Positions 27,728-37,101 of a DNA stretch of 64,000 bases are shown piece by piece. A program made the position numbers and the translations under genes. This DNA comes from Thermoplasmata archaeon. Its GTDB lineage: Archaea; Thermoplasmatota; Thermoplasmata; Lutacidiplasmatales; UBA184. Each line of letters begins with the position of its first letter. Position 1 is the stretch's first letter. The stretch spans positions 230,965 through 294,964 of the forward strand of contig JAKBSJ010000002.1 of assembly GCA_021844945.1 (NCBI GenBank), in the 5' to 3' direction. The notes beneath the pieces were generated by a model. It was not told the origin of the DNA. It saw nothing but the letters and a program-made list of their open reading frames with translations, and searched no databases.

Positions 27728-28116
27728 GCCCGCCGATCCTTCCCTCGGGCGACCCGTTGCGCCCTCGGCTCGAAGCCGAAGCGGCGAGGATCGCTTGGCG
27801 CATCGCACCGGGAGCTCCGAGAGGGGTTCGGGCGCGGATCGCGCACCTGCACGACGAGGAGGCGCGGGTCGAGCGTCGACCGAAGGGGCGGAACGCCTAC
27901 GCGATCCTGGTGGACTCCGGGCCGGTCGGAGCGCTGGTCCTCCTGCTGGAGATCGACCGGGCCGGTTCGGCCCCCACCCTATCCTCCCTCGAGGCCGGAC
28001 AGGACGAACGGTTCCCCCAAGGGGCCCTGGTCGCGACCTGGCCGGCGCACCACGCGCCGGTCGCTCCGATCGGGATCCCGGACCTGATCGCCCTCGCGCG
28101 CTATGCCCTCCGATGA
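27724..28116 (+). CDS. hypothetical protein
   Basis: GTG 27724 overlaps the TGA of the upstream gene (GTGA). It is the 130-aa C-terminal portion of ORF 26269..28116, with a plausible non-shadow composition (NAYAILVDSGPVGALVLLLEIDRAG). Confidence 0.35.
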   Translation: MSPPILPSGDPLRPRLEAEAARIAWRIAPGAPRGVRARIAHLHDEEARVERRPKGRNAYAILVDSGPVGALVLLLEIDRAGSAPTLSSLEAGQDERFPQGALVATWPAHHAPVAPIGIPDLIALARYALR

Positions 28117-28205
28117 GGCTCCCCCTTCGCGCCTCGACCCGCGATAGGTCGAAAGCAACCATTATCCGATGAAAAACTCCCGCTCGGGTCGGGGGAACGC
28201 TCCAC

Positions 28206-29900
28206 GTGAGCGAGAACGCGGGCCCGGGGGCCATGACGGCGGCCGGCGGACAGGCCTACCACCCGCGCTCCGCGCGCAACATGCTGATCATCCTCGCCGG
28301 GATGGCGCTGATGGTCACCTACGTCGAGACGATGGTGCTCCCGGCCTTCAACAATTTCGTCACGTTCTTCAACTACCCGCCGGACTCGACGGTCGTTTGG
28401 ATCCTCTCCGCCTACCTTCTAGTCGGGGTCGTCGCGACACCGGTATTCGGGAAGCTCGGCGACATCTACGGCAAGAAGAGGATGCTTCTGGTCGCGATGG
28501 GCGTCTACGCCATCGCCGTGTCGATCGCCGGATTCACTCCCGACATCGGAGCGGCGCTCGGCGTCAGCGTGCGCGATCAGATCTACCTCCTGATCGCAGC
28601 CCGCGCGGTACAAGGGATCGGGATGGGGATGTTCCCCCTCGCCTTCGCCATGATTCCCGAGTTCTTCCCGGCGAGGGAAGTCGGACGCGCCCAGGGAATC
28701 ATCAGCGCGATGTTCGCCGGCGGGGCGTGCGTCGGACTGGTCCTAGGCGGCTGGATCGCGCAGGACTACGGATGGCAGCTCACCTACCACACCGTGATCC
28801 CGTTCGCGGTCGGCCTACCGATCCTCGCGGGATACATCCTGCGCGAGTCGCCGACGAAGACCGCGGAGTCTCTCGACCTGCCGGGGATCGCCTCGCTGGG
28901 GCTCGCCCTCACGATGCTGATGCTCGGGATCACCGAATCGACGTACTGGCCGTTCTTCAGCTTCACCGGCGGAACGATCGGACCCGTGACGTGGGGCGTA
29001 CCCGAGTTCCTGATCCTCGCTGCGATCCTCTTCGCGTTCTTCGCGTGGTGGGAGCTGCGGGCCCGCTTCCCGGTGATCCGGCTGAAATCGCTGAAGGCGC
29101 GCAACATCCTCGTCAGCAATATCAACGGGGTCGTCGCCGGGCTCGCGATGTTCCTGGTCTTCACCGGGCTCGTCATCCTCCTCGAGCTCCCGTACACCCC
29201 CCTCGAGAGCCTCACGGGATTCGGCCAGTCGGAGCTGTGGATGGGGATCCTCGCGCTCCCGGCCGCGGGAGCGATGCTCGCCCTCGGGATGCCTCTCGGC
29301 CGGGCGACCTCGAAGTACGGCCCCAAGCCGATCATGATCCTCGGTTTCGGCCTGAGCGCCCTCGGCGCGCTCTTGCTCACGCAGTACGCCAACCCCGCGT
29401 TCCAGCTCGGTCGCTTCTCCACCCTGTCCCCTTCCTTGCCTCCCTTCAACATCCCGCAACCGGTTCCGGTGATCCTGGTCGTCGCTCCGGCGCTCGTGCT
29501 CGTGGGAACCGTGGGCATCCTGATCTCGATGTCAAACGTGATCGTGCTGAGCGTTGGGCCGGCCGAGCTCGGGGTTCAGACCGGGATGAACCAGACGTTC
29601 CGGAACCTCGGCAGCGCAATCGGCCCGGTGCTGGTCAGCTCGATCATCGCCTCGTACGTTGCGCGCTACGTCGCCTACCCGCCGCCGATCGGAACCCAAC
29701 CGGTGTACACCGTCGCAGCGTTCCAGTGGGTCTTCATCGTCCTGGCCGCGATCGCGCTGTTCGGCCTGGCGTGCAGCCTGTTCCTGCGCAATTACAAGTT
29801 CGCGACGGACGGAACGCGCAGCGATGCGCCCGCCGCGTCCGGTGTCGCGTCCGGACCGTACCCCCGGGTTATCCTGCCGGAAGAGACCGACTCCCGTTAG
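28206..29900 (+). CDS. MFS transporter, 14-TM DHA2/EmrB-like
   Basis: 564 aa with many hydrophobic spans and the MFS motif GKLGDIYGKKRM between TM2 and TM3. Confidence 0.8.
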   Translation: MSENAGPGAMTAAGGQAYHPRSARNMLIILAGMALMVTYVETMVLPAFNNFVTFFNYPPDSTVVWILSAYLLVGVVATPVFGKLGDIYGKKRMLLVAMGVYAIAVSIAGFTPDIGAALGVSVRDQIYLLIAARAVQGIGMGMFPLAFAMIPEFFPAREVGRAQGIISAMFAGGACVGLVLGGWIAQDYGWQLTYHTVIPFAVGLPILAGYILRESPTKTAESLDLPGIASLGLALTMLMLGITESTYWPFFSFTGGTIGPVTWGVPEFLILAAILFAFFAWWELRARFPVIRLKSLKARNILVSNINGVVAGLAMFLVFTGLVILLELPYTPLESLTGFGQSELWMGILALPAAGAMLALGMPLGRATSKYGPKPIMILGFGLSALGALLLTQYANPAFQLGRFSTLSPSLPPFNIPQPVPVILVVAPALVLVGTVGILISMSNVIVLSVGPAELGVQTGMNQTFRNLGSAIGPVLVSSIIASYVARYVAYPPPIGTQPVYTVAAFQWVFIVLAAIALFGLACSLFLRNYKFATDGTRSDAPAASGVASGPYPRVILPEETDSR

Positions 29901-29928
29901 GGAAGCGGAGCGCCCTCCGCGATGGGTA

Positions 29929-32739
29929 TCACGAGCATCCGCTCGTCGCGCCGCACGTCGGACACGCGTAGCACGTGCCCGATCGGACCATGATGCCGCC
30001 GCAGACCGGGCAGCTCGGGGAGTCCTCCATGGCCCGACCGCTTCCCTCGTCGGCCGCCGAAGCCTCGAACGAGTCGAGCGGCTTGATCTCGAACTTGACG
30101 ACGGTGCTGGGCGGCGGGGCTGCGGCCGCCGTCGCATGCCCGTTGCCGTTCCCGTTACCCTCGGAATGGCCCTCGAGCCCGATCGAGCGGCGATCGTTCT
30201 CGGTCAGGAACTCGAGCGACAGCCACCGCGCGACGTAGTCGGGGATCGACTGCGCGAAACGAATCTTCGGGTTGTTGGTCGCCCCCGCCGGCTCGAAGCG
30301 CATGTGCGCGAGCTTTCGGACGAGGTCCTTGAGCGGCACTCCGTGCTGGAGCGCCATCGACATCGAGATCCCGAGCGAGTCCATGAGACCGTTCACGGTC
30401 GATCCCTCCTTCGTGACGCGGAAGAAGATCTCGCCGGGGCGACCGTCCGGGTACAGGCCGACGGTCACGTAGCCATCGTGCCCGCCGACGCTGAAGTGGT
30501 GCGTGATCGCCCGCCGCTCATCCGGAAGCCGCTCGCGGACCGGGGTGCGGACGCCCCCCGGACCGACCGGCCCACTGGGGGCGCGACCGTGGGTGGTGTC
30601 GTAGGGCTGCGAAGCCTTGCAGCCGTCGCGGTACAGCGCGACCGACTTGATACCGAGACGCCAGGCCTCCAGGTAGATCTTCTCGATGTCCTCGACCGTA
30701 GCGTCGTTCGGGAGGTTGATGGTCTTCGACGCGCCGCCGGAGAGGAACGGCTGCACCGCGCCGAGCATGCATAGGTGGCCCATCGGGGCAATCGTGCGAT
30801 GGCCGCCCGGAGGGGCGAGCGCGCAATCGAAGACAGGAAGGTCCTCCGGGTCGAGTCCGGGGGCTCCCTCGATCGTTCCCTTCTCCTCGACGTGCTTCAC
30901 GATCTCTCGGATCTCGCTCTCCGAGTAGCCGAGGCTCGAAAGGGCGTCGGGGACGGTCCGGTTGACCATCTTCATCACGCCGCCACCGACGAGGTTCTTC
31001 ACCTTCACGAGCGAGAGCTCGGGCTCGAGCCCGAGCGTGTCGCATCCCATGAGGAGCCCGATCGTCCCGGTCGGGGCGATGACGGAGATCTGGGCGTTGC
31101 GGTACCCCCAGAGCTCGCCCGCCTTCTTCGTGTCGTGCCAGCGGTCGACCGCGGCATTCACGAGCGGCGTCAGGCGCCCGTCGTTGAGCGGGATCCGCTC
31201 GGCGGCGGCCCCGTGCTTGCCCATCACGCGGAGCATCGGGGCCCGGTTCTTGTCGAATCCCGAGAACGGTCCCATGCGCTTGGAAATCTCTGCGCTCGTG
31301 TGGTACCCCTCGGCCGACAGCAGCGCCGAGATCGCCCCCGCGAGGGTGCGTCCGGGGTCGGAGTCGTAGGCGAACCCGTAGTGCATGACGAGCGAGCCCA
31401 GGTTCGCGTATCCGAGCCCGAGCGGGCGGTAGTCGTGGGAGTTCCGCGCGATCGCGGCGGTCGGGTAGCTCGACGCGTCGACGAGGATCTCCATCGCCAC
31501 GATCATCGTGCGCACGGCGCGTCGGAAGAGTTCGATGTCGAACTGTCCCTTCGCATCGAGGAACTTCATCAGGTTGATTGACGCGAGGTTGCACGCCGTG
31601 TCGTCGAGGAACAGGTACTCGCTGCACGGGTTGGAGGCGTTGATGCGGCCGGACATCGGGCTCGTGTGCCAGTCGTTCGTGATGTCATCGAACTGGACTC
31701 CGGGGTCGCCGCAGCGCCAGGCCGCGTAGGCGAGCTTGCGCCACAGCTCGCGGGCGCGATAGGTCCCCGCGACGGCGTGGTCGGTCCGGTTGATCGTCTT
31801 CCACTCCTGGTCGTGGAGGACCGCTTCCATGAATGAGTCGGGGATGCGGACCGAGTGGTTCGCGTTCTGGTAGGCGATCGAGGCGTAGGCGCTGTTGGGG
31901 TCGGTCCCGTCGAAGTTGGGGCTGTAGCCCTCGCGGATGAGGGCGTAGGCCTTGTCCTCCTCCTTGACCTTGCACTCGATGTACTCCTCGATGTCGGGGT
32001 GGTCCATGTTCAGAATCACCATCTTCGCCGCGCGGCGGGTCGTGCCGCCGGATTTGATCACGCCGGCCATCGCGTCGAAGGCCCGCATGAAGGAGACCGG
32101 CCCGCTCGCGATTCCCCCGCCCGAGAGGTGTTCGTGGCTGCCTCGCAGGGAGGAGAGATTCGTCCCGGTGCCGCTCCCTCCCTTAAACAAGCGGCCCTCG
32201 CTCGTCGCGAGGGCGAGGATTGAGTCCATGTCGTCGGTGACGGACTGGATGAAGCACGCGGAGCATTGCGGCGGCTCCCGAACGCCGACGTTGAACCAGA
32301 CGGGGCTGTTGAACGCCGCCATCTGGTGGACCATCAGGTAGGAGAGGCTCTCCTCCAGCGTCGTCGCCTCCTCGGGAAGGTCGAAGTAGCCGAGCGCGAG
32401 CCCCTGCTGGGCGATCCAGTGGCAGACCCGACGGATCATCCCGTCGACGCTGGACTCCCGACGGCCCTGGATGATCCGGAAGTACTTCGACGCCGCGATG
32501 TTGACCGAGGTATCGGACCAATCGGTCGGGGCGCGGATCCCCTTCTGCTCGAAGATGACCTTGCCCTCCGCGTTCTTGATCAACGCGTCGTGGGACCGCC
32601 ACGTCACGGTATCGAACGCCGTCTTGCCCTTCGGCACGAGGCGCGGGACGGGGATGGATTCCTCCCCGTAGGTGCGGGCCGAAGGGCCCGCGTCTTCCGC
32701 GATGGGGATGGGGGATGCGCGCTTTTTCGATGCAGCCAT
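29929..32739 (-). CDS. nrdJ: class II (adenosylcobalamin-dependent) ribonucleotide reductase
   Basis: It has the NPCSEYLFLDDTACNLASINL active-site block, SNMGGG-type regions and a C-terminal Zn ribbon (CPVCGGIMVRSGTCYACPTCG). The start is taken at MAASKKR. A GTG 60 nt upstream is also possible. Confidence 0.9.
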   Translation of the reverse strand: MAASKKRASPIPIAEDAGPSARTYGEESIPVPRLVPKGKTAFDTVTWRSHDALIKNAEGKVIFEQKGIRAPTDWSDTSVNIAASKYFRIIQGRRESSVDGMIRRVCHWIAQQGLALGYFDLPEEATTLEESLSYLMVHQMAAFNSPVWFNVGVREPPQCSACFIQSVTDDMDSILALATSEGRLFKGGSGTGTNLSSLRGSHEHLSGGGIASGPVSFMRAFDAMAGVIKSGGTTRRAAKMVILNMDHPDIEEYIECKVKEEDKAYALIREGYSPNFDGTDPNSAYASIAYQNANHSVRIPDSFMEAVLHDQEWKTINRTDHAVAGTYRARELWRKLAYAAWRCGDPGVQFDDITNDWHTSPMSGRINASNPCSEYLFLDDTACNLASINLMKFLDAKGQFDIELFRRAVRTMIVAMEILVDASSYPTAAIARNSHDYRPLGLGYANLGSLVMHYGFAYDSDPGRTLAGAISALLSAEGYHTSAEISKRMGPFSGFDKNRAPMLRVMGKHGAAAERIPLNDGRLTPLVNAAVDRWHDTKKAGELWGYRNAQISVIAPTGTIGLLMGCDTLGLEPELSLVKVKNLVGGGVMKMVNRTVPDALSSLGYSESEIREIVKHVEEKGTIEGAPGLDPEDLPVFDCALAPPGGHRTIAPMGHLCMLGAVQPFLSGGASKTINLPNDATVEDIEKIYLEAWRLGIKSVALYRDGCKASQPYDTTHGRAPSGPVGPGGVRTPVRERLPDERRAITHHFSVGGHDGYVTVGLYPDGRPGEIFFRVTKEGSTVNGLMDSLGISMSMALQHGVPLKDLVRKLAHMRFEPAGATNNPKIRFAQSIPDYVARWLSLEFLTENDRRSIGLEGHSEGNGNGNGHATAAAAPPPSTVVKFEIKPLDSFEASAADEGSGRAMEDSPSCPVCGGIMVRSGTCYACPTCGATSGCS

Positions 32740-32924
32740 GGGGCCTCTTGGTGGAGGACGCTGGAACCGGGTGGGCAGCGTGCCGGTCCGGAAACCCACG
32801 ATACCCCGCCGCTCTAAGACGCCGTCGCGGACCTACCGGAACGCTCTCGAAGGGAGGGCGTTTCAGCTTCGGCGGTGGGTCGATAGAACGCGGGCGCCAC
32901 GTGGTCGGACACCCGTCGTGAATC

Positions 32925-32940
32925 CTCCGAGCGCTCGGAG
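32925..32940. promoter_or_regulatory. 16-nt perfect palindrome CTCCGAGCGCTCGGAG just downstream of a TATA-like AAATACTAGAA (32946..32956, minus sense), upstream of nrdJ
   Basis: Read directly from the sequence. It lies about 185 nt upstream of the nrdJ ATG and about 100 nt downstream of the Zn-ribbon gene stop. It could be an operator or a terminator hairpin. Confidence 0.4.
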
Positions 32941-33041
32941 ACCCGTTCTAGTATTTGGGCACGCCGTTGCAGCGAAGCCGTGCGCGGGCCGATGGGTGGA
33001 CAAAGACGCGGGCTTCGCGTCCGGAACGTGATGGACGCTTC

Positions 33042-33200
33042 TCAGTTCACGGGACGGGCGAGCTCGACGGGCTTGACGTACATGGTGCACGGCATCAGCA
33101 CTCCGCATTCTCCGCAATAGAGTCCTTCTTCGGCCACCCACAGGAAGGCACCGCAGCGCTCGCACTTCCGTGGATCGTCCGTCTCGTTCCGACAGACCAT
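33042..33200 (-). CDS. small zinc-ribbon protein
   Basis: MVCRNETDDPRKCERCGAFLWVAEEGLYCGECGVLMP has two CxxC pairs. The start is at the internal ATG of ORF 33042..33260. Confidence 0.45.
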   Translation of the reverse strand: MVCRNETDDPRKCERCGAFLWVAEEGLYCGECGVLMPCTMYVKPVELARPVN

Positions 33201-33335
33201 CGAGGCGGTCCAGACCGAACCGGCAGATGAACTCGCGCTCGGAGAGGACCCCGAGGGCAACCCTCTTCATCGAACGGGAACGGCTACCGGGGCCGCTCCG
33301 GAGGGAACGGCCCCGGGAAAAGGTGGTCGAGACGT

Positions 33336-33551
33336 TCAGGCGTTCTTCATCCGGGCGCGGGAGATGTACCCCTTCTTGTCGAGGAAATACATGTACCCAG
33401 CCTGGCGAGTGATCTTCTCCGTGCCAACCTTGCCCTTGCGCCCGGACTTGTTCAACTTGGTCGGCGTCTTCCACAGGTACCCGTCCTTGCCGAGGTAATA
33501 CAGGTAGCCGTTCTCTCGCTTGATCTGCTCCTTGCCAATTCGCTCCGCCAT
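33336..33551 (-). CDS. small, very basic tandem-repeat protein (candidate nucleic-acid binder)
   Basis: The 71-aa sequence is MAERIGKEQIKRENGYLYYLGKDGYLWKTPTKLNKSGRKGKVGTEKITRQAGYMYFLDKKGYISRARMKNA. It contains two copies of G-Y-[LM]-Y-[YF]-L-x-K-x-G-Y. Its own TATA (TAAATAT, 33592..33586) and an SD-like GGTGAGG (33567..33561) precede the ATG. Confidence 0.6.
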   Translation of the reverse strand: MAERIGKEQIKRENGYLYYLGKDGYLWKTPTKLNKSGRKGKVGTEKITRQAGYMYFLDKKGYISRARMKNA

Positions 33552-33589
33552 ATCGAGGGACCTCACCGGCGAGAGAATAGGCCCGATAT

Positions 33590-34864
33590 TTAGATGTAAG
33601 GGTCCATTCTCGGCGGAGAAATCCGAATTCCCTGACGATAAATCTGCGCCGGCGCGGACCCGATACGGTACGGGATCTCCTCCGGGGAACCGAGATCATA
33701 GACGAGGAAGTCGGCGGGGCGTCCGAGCGCGATCATCCCGACGCGCCCGGCGACGTCCAGAGCGGCCGCCGCGTTGACGGTCGCCGCGCTGATCGCTTCC
33801 GCCGGCGTAAGATGGGCGCCATAGACGGCGTGAGAGAGGACGAGCGACATCGACTCGACCCACGAGTTCGGCGAGCAATCGCTGCCGAGCGCGACCGGCA
33901 CGCCGGCCCGGACGAGCTCGCGGCCCGGGCTCGGCCGGCTTCCGATCGTGGTGAAAGGAGTTGCCGGCAGCAGGACCCCGATCACACCCGCCCGCGCGAG
34001 GGCGCGCAGGTCTCCGGATCGAGCGGCGAGCAAGTGGTCCGCGCTGCGCGCCCCCAAGCGGGCTGCCAGCCGAGCTCCGCCCGAAGCGACGAACTCGTCG
34101 GCGTGAATCTTCGTACCGAGGCCGAGCGCGATCGCCGCGCGCAGGATCCGTTCCGACTGTTGGATCGAGAAGTATCCGGGTTCGCAGAAGACGTCGCAGA
34201 AGCGAGCGAGCCTCCGCCGCGCGACCTCGGGCAGCGTGCGCCGGACAATCTCGTCGACGTAGGCGTTCGGGCGACGGCGGAAAATCGGAGGGATCGCGTG
34301 AGCGCCGAGGTAGGTGGGAACGAGGTGCGCGCCGCGACGACGCCCGAGTCGCCGCACGAGCTCGAGGAGCCGGATCTCCCCGGCGTGATTGAGCGCGTAG
34401 CCGGACTTCACCTCGATCGTCGTTGCCCCGCCCGCGGCCATCCGGTCGAGCCGACCGGCGGTCGCGTCCCGGAGCTCGGCGGTCGAGGCTTCCCGGGTCG
34501 TCCGCACGGTGGACAGGATCCCTCCGCCCCGACGGGCAATCTCGGCGTAGCTCGCTCCCTCGACCTTCCACGGAAGCTCGAACGACCGCTCTCCGGCGAA
34601 GACGGCATGCGAATGCGCATCGACGAGCCCCGGGAGGACGGTACCACCCCGCGCGTCGATCCGGCGGCCCTGTCGGGCGAGGCGGACGGTACGCGCGGCG
34701 CCCCGCGACGATCCCACGTACACGAACGTCCCGTCCCGGACCCCCAGGGCAGCATCCCGTACGATCCCGAGATTCCCGAGCGCGGCGCCGGTCCGGGGGA
34801 TAGGTCCCCGCTCGAGGGTCGCCAGCTCTCCGATGTTCGTGACGAGCAGGTCCGCGCGGATCAT
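33590..34864 (-). CDS. hutI: imidazolonepropionase-like amidohydrolase
   Basis: It has PGLVDAHSHAVFAG, TTIEVKSGY, the KIHADEF metal ligands and GSDCSPNS. The start is at the internal ATG 34864 (MIRADLLVTN). Confidence 0.75.
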   Translation of the reverse strand: MIRADLLVTNIGELATLERGPIPRTGAALGNLGIVRDAALGVRDGTFVYVGSSRGAARTVRLARQGRRIDARGGTVLPGLVDAHSHAVFAGERSFELPWKVEGASYAEIARRGGGILSTVRTTREASTAELRDATAGRLDRMAAGGATTIEVKSGYALNHAGEIRLLELVRRLGRRRGAHLVPTYLGAHAIPPIFRRRPNAYVDEIVRRTLPEVARRRLARFCDVFCEPGYFSIQQSERILRAAIALGLGTKIHADEFVASGGARLAARLGARSADHLLAARSGDLRALARAGVIGVLLPATPFTTIGSRPSPGRELVRAGVPVALGSDCSPNSWVESMSLVLSHAVYGAHLTPAEAISAATVNAAAALDVAGRVGMIALGRPADFLVYDLGSPEEIPYRIGSAPAQIYRQGIRISPPRMDPYI

Positions 34865-35763
34865 GGTTGGCGTATGAGATAGGTCATGAGGTCCCGAGCG
34901 GCGATCGTAGAGGGAAAGATCGCGCGCGCCTCGGCCTCGAGCGGTTCGACGTCGGGATACCGGGAGGAGAAGTGGGTCAGGATGAGGGTGCCCACGTTGG
35001 CATCCCGCGCGATCGTCGCGGCCTGGCGAGCCGAAGAGTGGCCCCACTCGTTGGACTGACCCTCGAGTTCGGCGAGGGTCGTCGCCTCGTGGATGAGGAC
35101 GGTCGCATGGGTGGATAGGACGCGTACGGCCTCGGTCGGGGCCGTGTCACCGGTGTACACCACCGACCGCCCCGGGCGCGGGGGCCCCTGGAGGTCCGAA
35201 GGGGCGACCGTTCGATCTCCGACTCGGACGGACTCGCCGGCCTCCAGCTTCCTAAAGTCGGCGCCTCGGATGCCCATCGCCCGGGCCTTCTCGGCGTCGA
35301 ACCTTCCGCGCTTTTCGTTCTCCTGAAGGCGGTAGGCGAGGGAAGGAACGGGGTGCTTCGTCTGTCCCGTCCGGACCGAGTAGTCGTCGAGCACCACCTC
35401 CTCGCCGGCGGACAGCGCGTGAATGTGCACCGGAAACCGCAAGGTGAAGTATCCCATCTGGAGGGCCCGTCCGACCATCTCCTTCGCATCCGGCGGGCCG
35501 TAGACATCGAGCGGCTCGGTGCGGTTGTTCAGGCACATCGTCTGGATGAGGCCCGGTAGGCCGAGGAAGTGGTCCCCGTGGAAATGGGTGATGAAGATGC
35601 GCCGCAGGCGCATGAACGACGCGTTCGACTGGAAGAACTGACGCTGGGTGCCCTCGCCGCAGTCGAACAGAACGCTCTCCCCGTCCATCTGAAGGGCGAC
35701 CGCGCTCGGCGATCGCTCCTTCGTGGGCCACGAGCCGGCGGTCCCCAGGAACGTGAGCTCCAT
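34861..35763 (-). CDS. rnz: ribonuclease Z (tRNA 3' endonuclease)
   Basis: It has MELTFLGTAGSWPT and the metallo-beta-lactamase motif ITHFHGDHFLGLPGL. Its stop overlaps the hutI ATG (ATGA). Confidence 0.85.
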   Translation of the reverse strand: MELTFLGTAGSWPTKERSPSAVALQMDGESVLFDCGEGTQRQFFQSNASFMRLRRIFITHFHGDHFLGLPGLIQTMCLNNRTEPLDVYGPPDAKEMVGRALQMGYFTLRFPVHIHALSAGEEVVLDDYSVRTGQTKHPVPSLAYRLQENEKRGRFDAEKARAMGIRGADFRKLEAGESVRVGDRTVAPSDLQGPPRPGRSVVYTGDTAPTEAVRVLSTHATVLIHEATTLAELEGQSNEWGHSSARQAATIARDANVGTLILTHFSSRYPDVEPLEAEARAIFPSTIAARDLMTYLIRQP

Positions 35764-35868
35764 TACGGGCTCCCACCCCGGCGGGGGTAAAAGCCAGTCG
35801 GACGGCACGTCGATCGGGCCCACCGGCGGGGGAAAAGAGGGAAGTACGGTACCCTATCTCGACCTGCC

Positions 35869-37089
35869 GTGGTCGACTGGGACCGCGTGGAACAACTCCA
35901 CGAAAAGGGGCTGAGCTGGGAGGATATCGCAGCCGACCCCAAGGTCGGCTTCAAGCCGGATCAGAGCGTGACTCAGGCCGGCCCCGCCCTTCGCCGCCTG
36001 TACTATCGACGCAAATCCCGCGAGGAGCGCCAAGGACCCAGCGAAGCCCCGTCGCCCCGCAAGGCCCTCGACACGGACAAGAAGTGGAACCTCACCCGGA
36101 TTGGCTACCTGCTCGTCCCCCTCGTCGCGATCTGGTTCCTCTTCGCCTACCTGATCCCGTCTCCGGTCGGCCTGCTCCTGACCGCCATCCCCTACATCGC
36201 GATCATCCTCGGCGTATCGATCATCCTCCTCGCGATCGGCCTCTTGCGCCAGAGCAACCGCAAGCGTTGGAACGCGGTCTTCCGCAACACGGTGGTGATG
36301 GGCGTGGTCTTGGGGGTCGTGATCACGGGTCTGATCTCGCTCACGGCCGTCATTTCCGGCTGCCCGTTCCTTCCTTCCTCCGCGCTGCTCACGAGCGTCC
36401 CGGGCGGACAGGGCTGGACCCAGACGCCTTCCTCCGTGAGCCCCTGGACTTCGAGCGGTCTGCCCGTCTTTTATTTCTACGGGGCGCAGTGGTGCCCGTA
36501 CTGCTCGGCCAGCAGCTGGGCCATCTACAAAGCCCTCACCGAGTTCCAATTAAATTTCCATCCGAGTAGCGGCAGCACCGGTATCCCTGGGACCTACACC
36601 TCGTACTCGGACGGCGCCCCCGAGCCGTACCCCTACACGCCGAACGTCGTCTTCGCGAACGCCGTGGTCAGCTCGCAGACAATCGCCTTCGTCGTCAACG
36701 AGGCCCAAAACGTGAGCGACGGGACGTTCCCAGGAACCACGAACTGCATCGAGTCGGCCTATGTGAGCGCCTACTCCGGCTCTTCCATCCCGTTCGTCGT
36801 CCTCAACGGTCAGTACATCCACGGCGGCTCTACGCTCATCAACCCTGCGCTTTTCGCTAACTACGAGCAGACCGGGGCCCCCGCCGTACTGTCCTCGGTC
36901 CTGAGCGAGAGCGGGACGCCGTGGAGCTACGTCTCCACGCAGGCGTACTGGATCACGGCCCTCTTAGTGAAGGCGAGCGGGGAAACCGTCAGCAACCTCG
37001 CGAGCACCTACCACGGAACGGCCCAGTGGACGGGCTCGTTCCAGAGGGGCGTGAATGCGACACTGTCGCAACTGGGGTACTCCGGATAG
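35869..37089 (+). CDS. DUF929 membrane protein with extracytoplasmic thioredoxin-like domain
   Basis: The N-terminal region carries 3 TM helices, followed by FYFYGAQWCPYCSASSWAIYKAL (a CxxC in a thioredoxin-fold context). GTG start. Confidence 0.7.
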   Translation: MVDWDRVEQLHEKGLSWEDIAADPKVGFKPDQSVTQAGPALRRLYYRRKSREERQGPSEAPSPRKALDTDKKWNLTRIGYLLVPLVAIWFLFAYLIPSPVGLLLTAIPYIAIILGVSIILLAIGLLRQSNRKRWNAVFRNTVVMGVVLGVVITGLISLTAVISGCPFLPSSALLTSVPGGQGWTQTPSSVSPWTSSGLPVFYFYGAQWCPYCSASSWAIYKALTEFQLNFHPSSGSTGIPGTYTSYSDGAPEPYPYTPNVVFANAVVSSQTIAFVVNEAQNVSDGTFPGTTNCIESAYVSAYSGSSIPFVVLNGQYIHGGSTLINPALFANYEQTGAPAVLSSVLSESGTPWSYVSTQAYWITALLVKASGETVSNLASTYHGTAQWTGSFQRGVNATLSQLGYSG

Positions 37090-37101
37090 GGATCGGCCGC
37101 C

